Part shown: positions 8,838 through 18,484 of the stretch, piece after piece
How the letters are laid out: every line of letters starts with the position of its first letter
How positions within the stretch are numbered: the stretch's first letter is position 1
Made by a program: the position numbers and the translations under genes
Source: an uncultured Gemmatimonadales bacterium
Lineage (GTDB): Bacteria; Gemmatimonadota; Gemmatimonadetes; Longimicrobiales; RSA9
Direction: 5' to 3'
Assembly (NCBI GenBank): GCA_963741945.1
Contig: CAVUKA010000005.1
Span: 224,001-288,000, forward strand
Length of the DNA stretch: 64,000 nucleotides
The notes under the pieces: generated by a model
What the model saw: the letters and a program-made list of their open reading frames with translations, nothing else
Told to the model about the DNA's origin: nothing
The model's database searches: none

Positions 8838-11800
8838 GTGTCGATCCTCGATCGCTTGCTGCCGGATTTCCCCGAAGACCAGAAGGGCCAGCGGACACGC
8901 CTGCTGGGCCTGATGGGTGCGTATTTCCTGGTTGTCACGGCCGTGGGGATCATGAAACCGGCGAAGAACGCGCTGGCGCTGTCGGGGCTGCCCGCGGGCA
9001 CGTTCTACAGGACATACCTGGTGAGCGTCGCGGTGATCCTGTTCGTCCCGGTATACAATCGCCTGTCGGACTGGATCGGCTGGCGAAGGCTCGTTCCGGC
9101 CGTGGCGTTCTTCTTCACTGCGACGCTGGTCCTGTTCCGGCTGGCGTACCGCGAGGGGAGCATGGTATACGGGCTCGCCTTCTACGGCTGGTACGATCTG
9201 TTCTCCGCGGCGCTGGTGACGCAGTTCTTTGCCGGGACCCAGCTGCTCCTGAACGCGCGCACGGCGCGGAGCGCGTATCCGCTGGTGATCGGGGGGGGCG
9301 CGATCGGCGCGGCGCTCGGGGGTGGGATTGCGGCGGTGCTGGCGCACGTCATCGGGACGCCGGACCTGCTGCTGGTGGCGGCTGCGTTCATTCTGGCGTT
9401 CGGGATTGCGATCCTGTTCGTGTGGCCTGAGGACATGTCGGTGGCGGAGCGAGCCCGGGCCAAGCAGATCCGGCGGCGCGAGCGCGTTTCCGTGAGTGAG
9501 TTCCGGCGCGTGTTCTCGAACCCGCACGTGCGGCTGATCGCGGTCACGGTGCTGCTGGCGATCATGACCAAGCAGTTCGTGGACTACGAGTTCAACACGC
9601 TGTCCGAGCAGCAGTTCGGGACCGTCGATGCCATCACGCGCTTCCAGGCGATCGTCGGCGTGATCGCTTCCACTCTGCCCATCCTCTCCGTGCTCGCGCT
9701 GCGGCCGGTGCTTCGGCGCTGGGGTGTGGGTGTGGCCGTCTTCATCCTCCCGGTCCTGATGCTCGTTTCCACGGCCGTGATGGCGGTCGCCTTCAGCATC
9801 TACACGGTCGTGGTCGCCCGTACGTCGGACTTGACGTTCCGCTACTCTGCGGAGCGCGCGGGGCGTGAGATCCTGTACGTCCCGGTGCCGGACGAGATCA
9901 AGCTGAAGGCGAAGACGTACATCGACGTGGCCATCGAGAAGGGGTTCGGCAAGGCGGTCACCGCCGTCGTGATCTACGCCCTCGTGGACCTGGTGGGAAT
10001 TCCGCCTGCGCGGCTGCGCTTCGTGGTGGTTGCCCTGGCACTGGCATGGCTGGGCGCCACCGTGGCCATCCGCCGCGAGTACGTTCGCACCCTCGCCCGC
10101 TCCATCCGGGGCCGCTTCGCCAGCTTTCAAGGACTGTCCGTGCTCGCCGACGCCAGCACTGCGGGCGTGGTCCGGGGCGCGCTGACGGGCAGCGACCCCG
10201 TGCAGACCTCGTTCGCCCTGGACCTGGTCGACCAGAGCGCTGCGACGGACACTGCCCCGATCAAGGATGCGCTGCACGGGCTGCTCGAACACGAGTCACC
10301 GGAAATTCGGGCCAAGGCGCTCCAGATCCTGGCGCGGGACGCTGCGGCCATCGACGTCGACCGGGTGCGAGAGCGGCTCCACGACCCGGCGCGCGCCGTC
10401 CGCGAGCAGGCCGTCCTGGCGATGGTCGCGGCGAACCGGGGAAACGAGCGGGACACGGTGGCGGAGCTCCTGCGCGACCCCGACACGGGCGTACGCACGG
10501 CCACGCTGGCGTGTCTGACCCGGGGCGATCTCACTGTCGAGGGGAGTGAGGTGCTGGACCCGGGATACCTGGACGGTCAGTGGGAGCGCGCCTACGAGGG
10601 CGACCGCAGCGCGCGCGTGGAGCTGGCGCTCGCTGCCGGAGCCATGCGGACGCACCCGCGGGCGCGCGAACTCCTGGAGCCCTTCCTCCACGACCCCGAC
10701 CCCGTCGTCTCGTCCGCCGCCATCCGCAGCGCGGGGCTCATCGGCGAGTCGGATTTCCACGCGGCCATAATCGCCGGGCTCAAGGCGCCAGGCACGCGCC
10801 ACGCGGCAAGGGAGGCGCTGGCGGAGCAGGGCCCGCGGGCCGTGGACATCCTGGGCAGCTACCTGCTGGACGAGTCGGCGCACCCCTCCATACGGCGGCA
10901 CATCCCGTCCGTGCTGGCCCGCGTGCCCGACCAGAAAGCGGCGAATCTCATGCTGCACAGCGTGGTGGCGCCGGAAACGGACCAGATCCTGGACTACCGC
11001 ACGCTGAAAGCGCTGAGCCAGCTCCGCGCTCGCTTCCCGGACCTCACGTTCGATCGGGAGCTGGTGACGGCGTCCATCCACCGGGAGGTGGACGCCGCCG
11101 CACGCTACGCCCAGGCGCGCGGGTGCCTCGACCGCCTCCAGGCGCGTGGCCCCGCCGCCGGCCTTCTCGCCCGCTCGCTGACAGAAGCGTGGGCGGAGCG
11201 GCAGGAGGGAGTCTTCAGGCTCCTGGGCCTGCTCTATCCCCACGACGAAGTGTATCGCTGCTTCCTTGCCATCCGCGGCGATGACCGGTCATCCAGCGCC
11301 AATGCCGTCGAGTGGCTCGAGGAAGTGCTCGACCGCCCCCTCTTCGAGCGGGTGGCCCCGGTCCTGGGAGAAGCACGGCTCCCGCGCGCCATGCCCGCGC
11401 CGGAATCCACGCTGGTGCCGCTCCTCACCGACGGCGATCCATGGATCGCCCGCCTCGCCGTGGCGGCACTGGTCGAGATCCGGGCAGGCTGGAGCCTGGA
11501 GGCCGTTCGTGGTATCATCGTCTCGTCCACCAGTGTCGATCTCCGCGACCTGGCCGAACGCCTGCTCGCGGATGGCAGCGCCGATATCGCCGGTCCCATG
11601 GATCTGATCGAGAAGGTATTCCTCCTCCAGAAGATCGATCTCCTCCGGGACGCCAGGAGCGCGCACCTCGCGCTGCTGGCGTCCATCGCGGAGGAGGTCG
11701 AGGTGGAGGCGGGCACGGTCCTGATCCATGAGGACGAGCCGACGGACGCCATGTACGTGGTGGTGGACGGACGCATCGAGATGCGAGGCGTGACGGACCA

Positions 11801-12008
11801 GCGTCTCCAGGCCGGACCCGGCCAGGCCTTCGGCACATGGGCGCTGATCGACGAGGCGCCCAGCCTGGTCACGGCCACGACGGTCATGCCGAGCCGGCTC
11901 CTCCGGATCACGCGCAACGAGTTCTACGATCTGCTGGCGGACCATTCCGAGATCGCCCTCGGGCTTCTCCAGGGACTGGCGCGCCGCGTTCGCACGCTGG
12001 TGGCCTGA
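8838..12008 (+). CDS. NTT (TLC/Npt1-like ATP/ADP translocase) domain fused to HEAT repeats and a C-terminal cyclic-nucleotide-binding domain
   Basis: About 12-TM N-terminus with IMKPAKNAL, FRYS.ERAGREILYVPV..EIKLKAK.YID; HEAT-like repeats (L.D....VR..A); cNMP domain EKVFLLQKIDLL...MYVVVDGRI...FGTWALID. Confidence 0.85.
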   Translation: MSILDRLLPDFPEDQKGQRTRLLGLMGAYFLVVTAVGIMKPAKNALALSGLPAGTFYRTYLVSVAVILFVPVYNRLSDWIGWRRLVPAVAFFFTATLVLFRLAYREGSMVYGLAFYGWYDLFSAALVTQFFAGTQLLLNARTARSAYPLVIGGGAIGAALGGGIAAVLAHVIGTPDLLLVAAAFILAFGIAILFVWPEDMSVAERARAKQIRRRERVSVSEFRRVFSNPHVRLIAVTVLLAIMTKQFVDYEFNTLSEQQFGTVDAITRFQAIVGVIASTLPILSVLALRPVLRRWGVGVAVFILPVLMLVSTAVMAVAFSIYTVVVARTSDLTFRYSAERAGREILYVPVPDEIKLKAKTYIDVAIEKGFGKAVTAVVIYALVDLVGIPPARLRFVVVALALAWLGATVAIRREYVRTLARSIRGRFASFQGLSVLADASTAGVVRGALTGSDPVQTSFALDLVDQSAATDTAPIKDALHGLLEHESPEIRAKALQILARDAAAIDVDRVRERLHDPARAVREQAVLAMVAANRGNERDTVAELLRDPDTGVRTATLACLTRGDLTVEGSEVLDPGYLDGQWERAYEGDRSARVELALAAGAMRTHPRARELLEPFLHDPDPVVSSAAIRSAGLIGESDFHAAIIAGLKAPGTRHAAREALAEQGPRAVDILGSYLLDESAHPSIRRHIPSVLARVPDQKAANLMLHSVVAPETDQILDYRTLKALSQLRARFPDLTFDRELVTASIHREVDAAARYAQARGCLDRLQARGPAAGLLARSLTEAWAERQEGVFRLLGLLYPHDEVYRCFLAIRGDDRSSSANAVEWLEEVLDRPLFERVAPVLGEARLPRAMPAPESTLVPLLTDGDPWIARLAVAALVEIRAGWSLEAVRGIIVSSTSVDLRDLAERLLADGSADIAGPMDLIEKVFLLQKIDLLRDARSAHLALLASIAEEVEVEAGTVLIHEDEPTDAMYVVVDGRIEMRGVTDQRLQAGPGQAFGTWALIDEAPSLVTATTVMPSRLLRITRNEFYDLLADHSEIALGLLQGLARRVRTLVA

Positions 12009-12036
12009 GCACCGCTCCCCTTCCCCTCCGTGAGAC

Positions 12037-12516
12037 ATGCCTGAGCCACAGACCGCCACCGTCATGATCGTGGACGACGAGGAGATGGTCGCCACCGCGC
12101 TCCGCAGCTTCCTCGAGCTGGAGACGTCGTACCGGATCCTCACCTACACCTCCCCGTTGACGGCGTTGGAGACCGTGGAGTCCGAGCCGGTGAACGTCGT
12201 CCTGGCGGACTTCATGATGCCGCAAATGGACGGGATCAGCTTCCTCCGTCACGTTCGGGACAGGAAGCCGCAGGCCACGCGGATCCTGCTCACGGGGTAC
12301 GCGGACAAGGAGAACGCGATCCGGGCGATCAACGAGGCAGGGCTCTATTACTACCTCGAGAAGCCGTGGAACAACGAGCACCTGAAGCTGGTGATCCGCA
12401 ACGGCGTGGAACGCTCGACGCTCTTCAACGAGCTGGAGAGCCGCGTCATGGCGCTCGAGGACGCCAACCAGGAGCTGTTCGAGATCCGGCGGCGCCTGGT
12501 GAAGGCGTTCCTGTGA
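12037..12516 (+). CDS. Response regulator (receiver plus short coiled coil, no DNA-binding domain)
   Basis: IVDDE, LADFMMPQMDG, LLTGY, EKPW. Confidence 0.93.
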   Translation: MPEPQTATVMIVDDEEMVATALRSFLELETSYRILTYTSPLTALETVESEPVNVVLADFMMPQMDGISFLRHVRDRKPQATRILLTGYADKENAIRAINEAGLYYYLEKPWNNEHLKLVIRNGVERSTLFNELESRVMALEDANQELFEIRRRLVKAFL

Positions 12517-13997
12517 CAGGGCGCGCGAGCCCGCTTTATCACCCGGTCCGCGCGCGTGCCGCCCTGGCGGCGTGGGCGTTCGGAGCGGGAATCCTCTTCC
12601 TGCTCGTCCTCCACCTGCCGCTCGATTTCCGCTTCTTCGGACTGACCGCCGTCTGGTTCGCGGCTTCCGCGCTCTCCCTCCACTGGCTCACGGGTCACCG
12701 CGGCAGACCGTACTTCTTCTTCTTCCGCTTCGCCATCTTCTCCGTGGAGGTGCTCGTGGCCGTGCTCCTGGCCCACTACGTGGGCGCGAGCAGCTGGCTG
12801 GCCACCCTCTTCCTCCTCTTCCCCACCATCGAGTGGAACATGCTCTACCCCGGGGGCTGGGGATTCGCCGGCTCGGTCCTCGCCATCATCGCCAGTGGTA
12901 CGCTGATCCTGGCCGAGGCCGTGGGGACCGTCCCCGCCGGTGCGCTGTTCCTGACCATCGAGCCGGAATATGCCGAGCCGCGCTACGCGCTGGCCGCCTT
13001 CTTCATCTCCCTTTCCGTCATTGCCGGGCTCTCCACGGTGGTGGGCCGCTACGCGGAGGCCGGGCGACGCCAGAGCCGGGAGCTGGCCCTGGCCAACGAT
13101 CGATTGACGGAGCTGTCCGACGACCTGCGCCGCTCCCACTCCGAAGTGGAGGAGGCCTACGCACAGCTGCGGAGCACGCAGGCAGAGCTGGTCGGCTCCG
13201 CCAAGCTGGCCACGCTCGGCAACCTGATCGCAGGCGTTGCGCACGAGATCAACACCCCGCTCGGCGCGCTGCACAGCAACCATGACACGATGCACCGCGC
13301 GCTGACGCGCCTCCAGGCGATCCTGGCGGACGAGGTGGTGGACGAGGACGAGCTCGAGGATGTCCGGCGCATCGTCAAGGCCGTGGACGGCGTGACGGAA
13401 ACCAACAACCTGGCCGTGGACAGGATGATGCGGCTGGTGACCAGCCTGCGGACGTTCGGCAGGGTGGACCGCTCGGAAGTGGATTTCGCCGACCTGCACG
13501 AGGGGCTGGAGAGCACGCTGGCGATCCTGGCCCACGAGCTCAAGGACCGGGTCCAGGTGGCGAAGGAATACGGGGAGCTGCCGCGCGTCGAGTGCTATCC
13601 CAACCAGGTGCACCAGGTGTTCATGAACCTCATCGTGAACGCGGCGCAGGCCATCCACGGCAGCGGAACCATCACCATTCGTACCCGGCACGAGGGGGAC
13701 CAGGTGGCCATCGATGTCGGGGACACGGGCGTGGGGATCACCGCCGAGAACGTCGCGCGCATCTTCGACCCCGGCTTCACCACGAAAGGGAAGCGGATGG
13801 GCATGGGGATGGGGCTGCTGATCACTCGCCAGATCGTGGATCGGCACCACGGCCACATCGACGTCCGCAGCGAGCCCGGCCGCGGCACGACCTTCACCGT
13901 CCGGCTCCCCGTCCGGCTCCCCGCGTCCGCGCGCCCGAATCGCGACCCTTCCACCCAAACCGCGCCCGCCGGCACGCCGGCCGGGGGGCGCCAGTAG
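12513..13997 (+). CDS. Membrane sensor histidine kinase (NtrB/NtrY-like HisKA-HATPase)
   Basis: GTGA overlap; about 6 TM; AGVAHEINTPL, QVFMNLIVNA, DTGVGI, FDPGFTTK, GMGMGL. Confidence 0.93.
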   Translation: MTGRASPLYHPVRARAALAAWAFGAGILFLLVLHLPLDFRFFGLTAVWFAASALSLHWLTGHRGRPYFFFFRFAIFSVEVLVAVLLAHYVGASSWLATLFLLFPTIEWNMLYPGGWGFAGSVLAIIASGTLILAEAVGTVPAGALFLTIEPEYAEPRYALAAFFISLSVIAGLSTVVGRYAEAGRRQSRELALANDRLTELSDDLRRSHSEVEEAYAQLRSTQAELVGSAKLATLGNLIAGVAHEINTPLGALHSNHDTMHRALTRLQAILADEVVDEDELEDVRRIVKAVDGVTETNNLAVDRMMRLVTSLRTFGRVDRSEVDFADLHEGLESTLAILAHELKDRVQVAKEYGELPRVECYPNQVHQVFMNLIVNAAQAIHGSGTITIRTRHEGDQVAIDVGDTGVGITAENVARIFDPGFTTKGKRMGMGMGLLITRQIVDRHHGHIDVRSEPGRGTTFTVRLPVRLPASARPNRDPSTQTAPAGTPAGGRQ

Positions 13998-14005
13998 GAG
14001 GTCCC

Positions 14006-14971
14006 ATGCCCAGGACCCGATCCGCCCGCTTCACGGCTCTCTCCGCGCTCCTGCTCATGCTCCTGGCCCCGCCGCTCCGGGCGCAGGGCAACTTCCTCGC
14101 GCCGGTGGACACGATCGAGGCCCGGTTGCGAGCCGGCACCTTCACCATCATGGACGAGCGCGGGTCCAGGTTCGAGGGCGACAGGACCAGCCGCGTGGCG
14201 CTGAATTTCGGGAATGATGCCATGCTGGTGGTCAAGTGGGCGCCCGCGGCCCAGGGTGGAGAGGCGTACAACAACAGCCCGCGCTACGAGGCGGCCGCCT
14301 ACGAGCTCCAGAAGCTCTTCCTGGACCGGCACGAGATCGTGGTGCCGCCCACCGTCCTGCGCGCGTTCCCCCTGACCTGGTACCGGACGCTGGATCCCCG
14401 GGCGCATGCCACGTTCCTGGACACGGAGTCCGTGCTCGTGGCGCTCCAGTACTGGCTGTTCAACGTGACTCCCGACGACTACTGGGATCCCGACCGCGTC
14501 GACACGGATACCGCCTACGCCAGGGGCATCGGGAACTTCAACATCTTCACCTACCTGGCCCGGCAGTCGGATGACAATCAGGGCAATTTCCTGATCTCCG
14601 GCGACTCCGCCGCATGTCGCGTGTATTCGGTGGACAACGGCGTGGCCTTTGCCAGCCAGGCCAGCGACCGGGGCGCCAACTGGCGACGCATCCGCATCAA
14701 ACGCCTCCCGCGCGCCACGATCGATCGTCTCCGCGCGCTCACCGAGGACAGCCTCACCGCCCGACTCGAGACTGTTGCGGAGTTCCGCGTCGCGCCCGAC
14801 GGGACCCTGGAGTCCGTGGACCCGGGGCCGAACATCTCCCCGGACCGCGGCATCCGCCGGGCCGAGAATCGTATTCAGCTCGGGCTCACGCGCGGCGAGA
14901 TCCACGGTGTCTGGCGCCGGGTGGAAGGACTGCTGCGCGACGTGGACCGCGGCCGCTACGAGCTCTTCTGA
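14006..14971 (+). CDS. Exported atypical kinase-fold protein (PI3/4K-, HipA-, FAM20-like)
   Basis: RBS AGGAGG; Sec signal ending PLRA|Q; VKW, RYEAAAYEL, VPPTV.R, DDNQGNFL, VDNG.AF motifs. Confidence 0.65.
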   Translation: MPRTRSARFTALSALLLMLLAPPLRAQGNFLAPVDTIEARLRAGTFTIMDERGSRFEGDRTSRVALNFGNDAMLVVKWAPAAQGGEAYNNSPRYEAAAYELQKLFLDRHEIVVPPTVLRAFPLTWYRTLDPRAHATFLDTESVLVALQYWLFNVTPDDYWDPDRVDTDTAYARGIGNFNIFTYLARQSDDNQGNFLISGDSAACRVYSVDNGVAFASQASDRGANWRRIRIKRLPRATIDRLRALTEDSLTARLETVAEFRVAPDGTLESVDPGPNISPDRGIRRAENRIQLGLTRGEIHGVWRRVEGLLRDVDRGRYELF

Positions 14972-15005
14972 GCGCGCCCTGCCCCCGTCCGGCGGCAGCG
15001 GGCGT

Positions 15006-15045
15006 GCAGAAGCGGCTGGCGGGGCGACCCGCCAGCCGCTTCTGC
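15006..15045. terminator. Hairpin between convergent genes, probable bidirectional terminator
   Basis: Perfect 18-bp stem GCAGAAGCGGCTGGCGGG / CCCGCCAGCCGCTTCTGC with a GCGA loop. Confidence 0.8.
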
Positions 15046-15072
15046 TTCACACCCGCCGGTGTCCCGGGGTTC

Positions 15073-18000
15073 CTATCTCGTGCCCTGCGGTCGCCCCGGC
15101 GTGTACGGTGCGCCCAGCTGATCGATCCGCACCGCCAGCGACCGGACGTCGCGCGCCACCGCGTCCACGGCGGGCCCGACCTCGGCCATCTGGTCACGGG
15201 CGATCTGCAGCTGATCGCGCTGTGTTCCCGTGGGCGCTGACGTGGATCCGTACGACGAGTACACCGCCGTCTGGACCCGGTCGCTGATCGACGGCGTGGT
15301 CTCGAACTGTCGGGTGGCCACGCTCCGGTCCCCGTCCAGCTGGACCTGCAGCTCCGCGATCCGCTCCTCCAGCGCGCGCGCCTGCTCCAGCACGCTGGTC
15401 GGCACCGTGGTCGAGCGCAGCGTGGCCTGCTTCAGGCTCGCCAGCGTCGTGGCCGCCTCGTCCAGGCGACGCGACGCGCGCATCACCTCGCCCAGCAGCC
15501 CGTCCGCTTCCTGCTGGAACGCCACCAGCGCGGCGCGGTCATCCGTGGCCAGCGTGGCGTTGTTCAGCGGGACCACCTGGAACTCCACCGGGGCCACCAT
15601 CTCCGTTGCCACGCCGTCCACCACCTTGGCCAGCGATACGCGGTAGGTCCCCGGGGCGGCGTACGGCCCGTCACGACCCTCGTCCAGCGGCTTGAAATCG
15701 CCCCGGGCGTCCACCGGCGTGCTCGCCGGATAGCGCAGGTTCCAGGCGATCCGGTGGATCCCCTTCGACGGCTTGGCCGCCATGCGCCGGACGATCTCGC
15801 CCGACGGCTTGGTCACCGTGAACAGGAGGTACGGGTCCTGCTCCCGGTCCTCCGCCCGCATCTCCTCGAAGCTCGGGTACCCCACGTCGCGTCCCGCCTC
15901 CGCGGTCTTCTTCTCCGCTTCGTGCCTCGCCTCTTCCCGCGTCTGGATGTCGTCTTTCAGGTAGTACGTGAACACCGCGCCGAACGGCGGGTTGTCCGCG
16001 CCGTAGTAGCTCTCCCCCTGGAAGCCCTTGCCGCTGTAAGCGAACGGGTCCTTCACGATGTAGAGGAGGGCATCGCGGGTCGGGAAGATGTGCGCGTCCT
16101 GCGACAGCGTGGCCGCGTCCGCGTGGCGCAGCGCCGAGTAGTCGTCCAGGATCCAGAAGCCGCGGCCGAAGGTGGCGAGAACGAGGTCGTTCTCCGGCTC
16201 GTGGATCTTCAGGTCGCGCACGGCGATGGTCGGGATCCCGCCCTTGAGCTGGATCCAGTGCTGTCCGCCGTCGCGGGTGAAGAACACGCCGAACTCGGTG
16301 CCCGCGAAGAGCAGCTGCGGATCCACCGGGTCCTCGGCGAGGGTGTACACCGAGCCGCGCTCGGGCAGGTCGCCCGCGATGGACGTCCAGTGCGCCCCCT
16401 TGTCCGTGCTCTTCAGCAGGTAGGGCTTGAAGTCTCCGTTCTTCTTGTTGTTGAACGCCGCGAACACGGTGCCCGCATCGTGCAGTGAAGCGAGGACCGC
16501 ATCCACGTATGTCCGCTCGGGCACGCCCGGGAACCGGTCGTACCGCGTCCACTGCCCGCCGGCGTCCTCCGTCACCTGGATGAGCCCGTCATCGGTGCCC
16601 ACGTAGAGCAGCCCCTCCTCCACCGGCGATTCCGTCAGCGCCACGGCGTTGCCATAGATCGTGGTGGAGACGTTCTTCGCCACAGCGTCCATCCCCCACA
16701 CCTTGCCCATGACCGGGAGCTTGTTCCGATCGAGCTGCCGGGAGAGGTCCGGGCTGATGGCGCGCCAGCTGTCGCCCCGGTCGTCGCTCCGGTACACCCG
16801 GTTGGCCGCGAAATAGAGCCGGGTGTGCGAGTGGGGGCTGATCAGGAGCGGCGAGTCCCAGTTCCAGCGCAGCGCTTCCCCCTTCTCCGGCTGCGGCTGG
16901 ATGTAGACCCCTTCGCCGCTCTTCCGGTCGTACCGCTGCAGACCGCCGTACTGGCTCTCCGCGTAGACGATGTTCGGGTTCTCCGGGTCCACCTGGCTCT
17001 GGAAGCCGTCGCCGCCCGCGGTCACGAACCAGTCCGCGTTCACGATGCCGGCGCTGGAGATCGTCCGCGATGGACCACCCATGGAGAAGTTGTCCTGCGT
17101 GCCGCCATAGACGTTGTAGAACGGCTTCTCATTGTCCAGGGCCACGTCGTAGAACTGCGTCACCGGGAGGTTCGGCTTGAACTGCCAGCTTGCGCCCCGG
17201 TCGTAGCTCTCGTAGAGGCCGCCGTCGGTGCCCATGAGGTAGTGGTCGGTATCGGCCGGGTCGATCCAGAGCGCGTGGTTGTCCACGTGCTTGTTCTTCT
17301 CGCCCACCCGCTCCCACGTCTTGCCGCCGTCCGTGGTGATCATGGCGTAGGTGTCCATGGCCACCACCAGGTCACGGTCCTTCGGGTCGCAGATCAGCTC
17401 GTTGTAGTAGTTGCCGCTGCCGTTGTAGCTGTCCCGCTTGCTCCACGACGCGCCGCGGTCCGTGGAGCGGTAGACGCCGCCCTGCTCACCGCTGGCCTCG
17501 ACGATGGCATAGATGTAGTCGGGGTCGGCCGGCGAGATGCAGAGCCCGTAGCGCCCCACATCACCGGACGGCAGCCCCTTGGTCAGCTTGCTCCAGCTCG
17601 CCCCGCCGTCGGTGGACCGGTAGAGCGCCGACTCGGGGCCGCCGCCGATGTAGGTCCAGACGTGCCGGCGCCGCTGCCACGCGGCCGCGATGAGCAGGTC
17701 CGGGTCGCGCGGGTCCATGACCAGGTCCGTGACGCCCGTGTTCTCGCTGATGTCGAGCACCTTCGACCAGGTCTTCCCACCGTCTTCGGTCTTGTACAGC
17801 CCGCGCTCACCACCCGCGCTCCAGACCGGGCCCTGCGCGGCGACGTAGACCACGTCCGTGTTGCGCGGGTCGATCACGATCCTGCCGATGTGCTCGCTCG
17901 ACTCCAGCCCGACGCGCTTCCAGCTCTTCCCGCCATCCTCGGACTTGTACACGCCGTCGCCGTAGGAGACGCTGCGCTGCGCGTTGTTCTCCCCCGTTCC

Positions 18001-18318
18001 GACCCACACCACGTGCGCGTTCGACGGGTCGAGCGCCACCACGCCGATGGAGTAGGATCCTTCGCCATCGAACAGCGGCCGATAGCTGATCCCGGCGTCC
18101 GTCGTCTTCCAGACACCGCCCGACGCCGTGGCCACGTAATACTCGGCCGGGTTCGAGGGATTCACTGCCAGGTCGGCGATCCGACCGGACGTCATGGCCG
18201 GTCCGATCTCCCGCAGCGCCAGGCCGCGATATGTCGATGCGCTGGTCTCCTGTGCCGCCGCGGGCATTGCCGCCGGCAGCAGGAGTGTCAGCGCCAGGAG
18301 GGAGCGTGCGATCCTCAT
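15073..18318 (-). CDS. Secreted VPS10/BNR (Asp-box) beta-propeller protein, usually annotated as glycosyl hydrolase
   Basis: Signal peptide; R.IGP..SGRI; many S.D.G.SW Asp-box repeats; GGTQDN; C-terminal coiled coil. Confidence 0.85.
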   Translation of the reverse strand: MRIARSLLALTLLLPAAMPAAAQETSASTYRGLALREIGPAMTSGRIADLAVNPSNPAEYYVATASGGVWKTTDAGISYRPLFDGEGSYSIGVVALDPSNAHVVWVGTGENNAQRSVSYGDGVYKSEDGGKSWKRVGLESSEHIGRIVIDPRNTDVVYVAAQGPVWSAGGERGLYKTEDGGKTWSKVLDISENTGVTDLVMDPRDPDLLIAAAWQRRRHVWTYIGGGPESALYRSTDGGASWSKLTKGLPSGDVGRYGLCISPADPDYIYAIVEASGEQGGVYRSTDRGASWSKRDSYNGSGNYYNELICDPKDRDLVVAMDTYAMITTDGGKTWERVGEKNKHVDNHALWIDPADTDHYLMGTDGGLYESYDRGASWQFKPNLPVTQFYDVALDNEKPFYNVYGGTQDNFSMGGPSRTISSAGIVNADWFVTAGGDGFQSQVDPENPNIVYAESQYGGLQRYDRKSGEGVYIQPQPEKGEALRWNWDSPLLISPHSHTRLYFAANRVYRSDDRGDSWRAISPDLSRQLDRNKLPVMGKVWGMDAVAKNVSTTIYGNAVALTESPVEEGLLYVGTDDGLIQVTEDAGGQWTRYDRFPGVPERTYVDAVLASLHDAGTVFAAFNNKKNGDFKPYLLKSTDKGAHWTSIAGDLPERGSVYTLAEDPVDPQLLFAGTEFGVFFTRDGGQHWIQLKGGIPTIAVRDLKIHEPENDLVLATFGRGFWILDDYSALRHADAATLSQDAHIFPTRDALLYIVKDPFAYSGKGFQGESYYGADNPPFGAVFTYYLKDDIQTREEARHEAEKKTAEAGRDVGYPSFEEMRAEDREQDPYLLFTVTKPSGEIVRRMAAKPSKGIHRIAWNLRYPASTPVDARGDFKPLDEGRDGPYAAPGTYRVSLAKVVDGVATEMVAPVEFQVVPLNNATLATDDRAALVAFQQEADGLLGEVMRASRRLDEAATTLASLKQATLRSTTVPTSVLEQARALEERIAELQVQLDGDRSVATRQFETTPSISDRVQTAVYSSYGSTSAPTGTQRDQLQIARDQMAEVGPAVDAVARDVRSLAVRIDQLGAPYTPGRPQGTR

Positions 18319-18484
18319 GGTTCCTATCCCGTCTTCGGGGTTCGAATTCGTGGCATCTGCCGTACGGGGGGGCCGGGGCGAAAGGTCGCGCGCCGGCAGT
18401 CACCGCGCCAGAGGTAGTCGGTGGTCGATCCGGGGCGCTCCCCGCGCCTTCCGGCGGTCCGGTGGTTCTGTTATCCTCCGCGCC

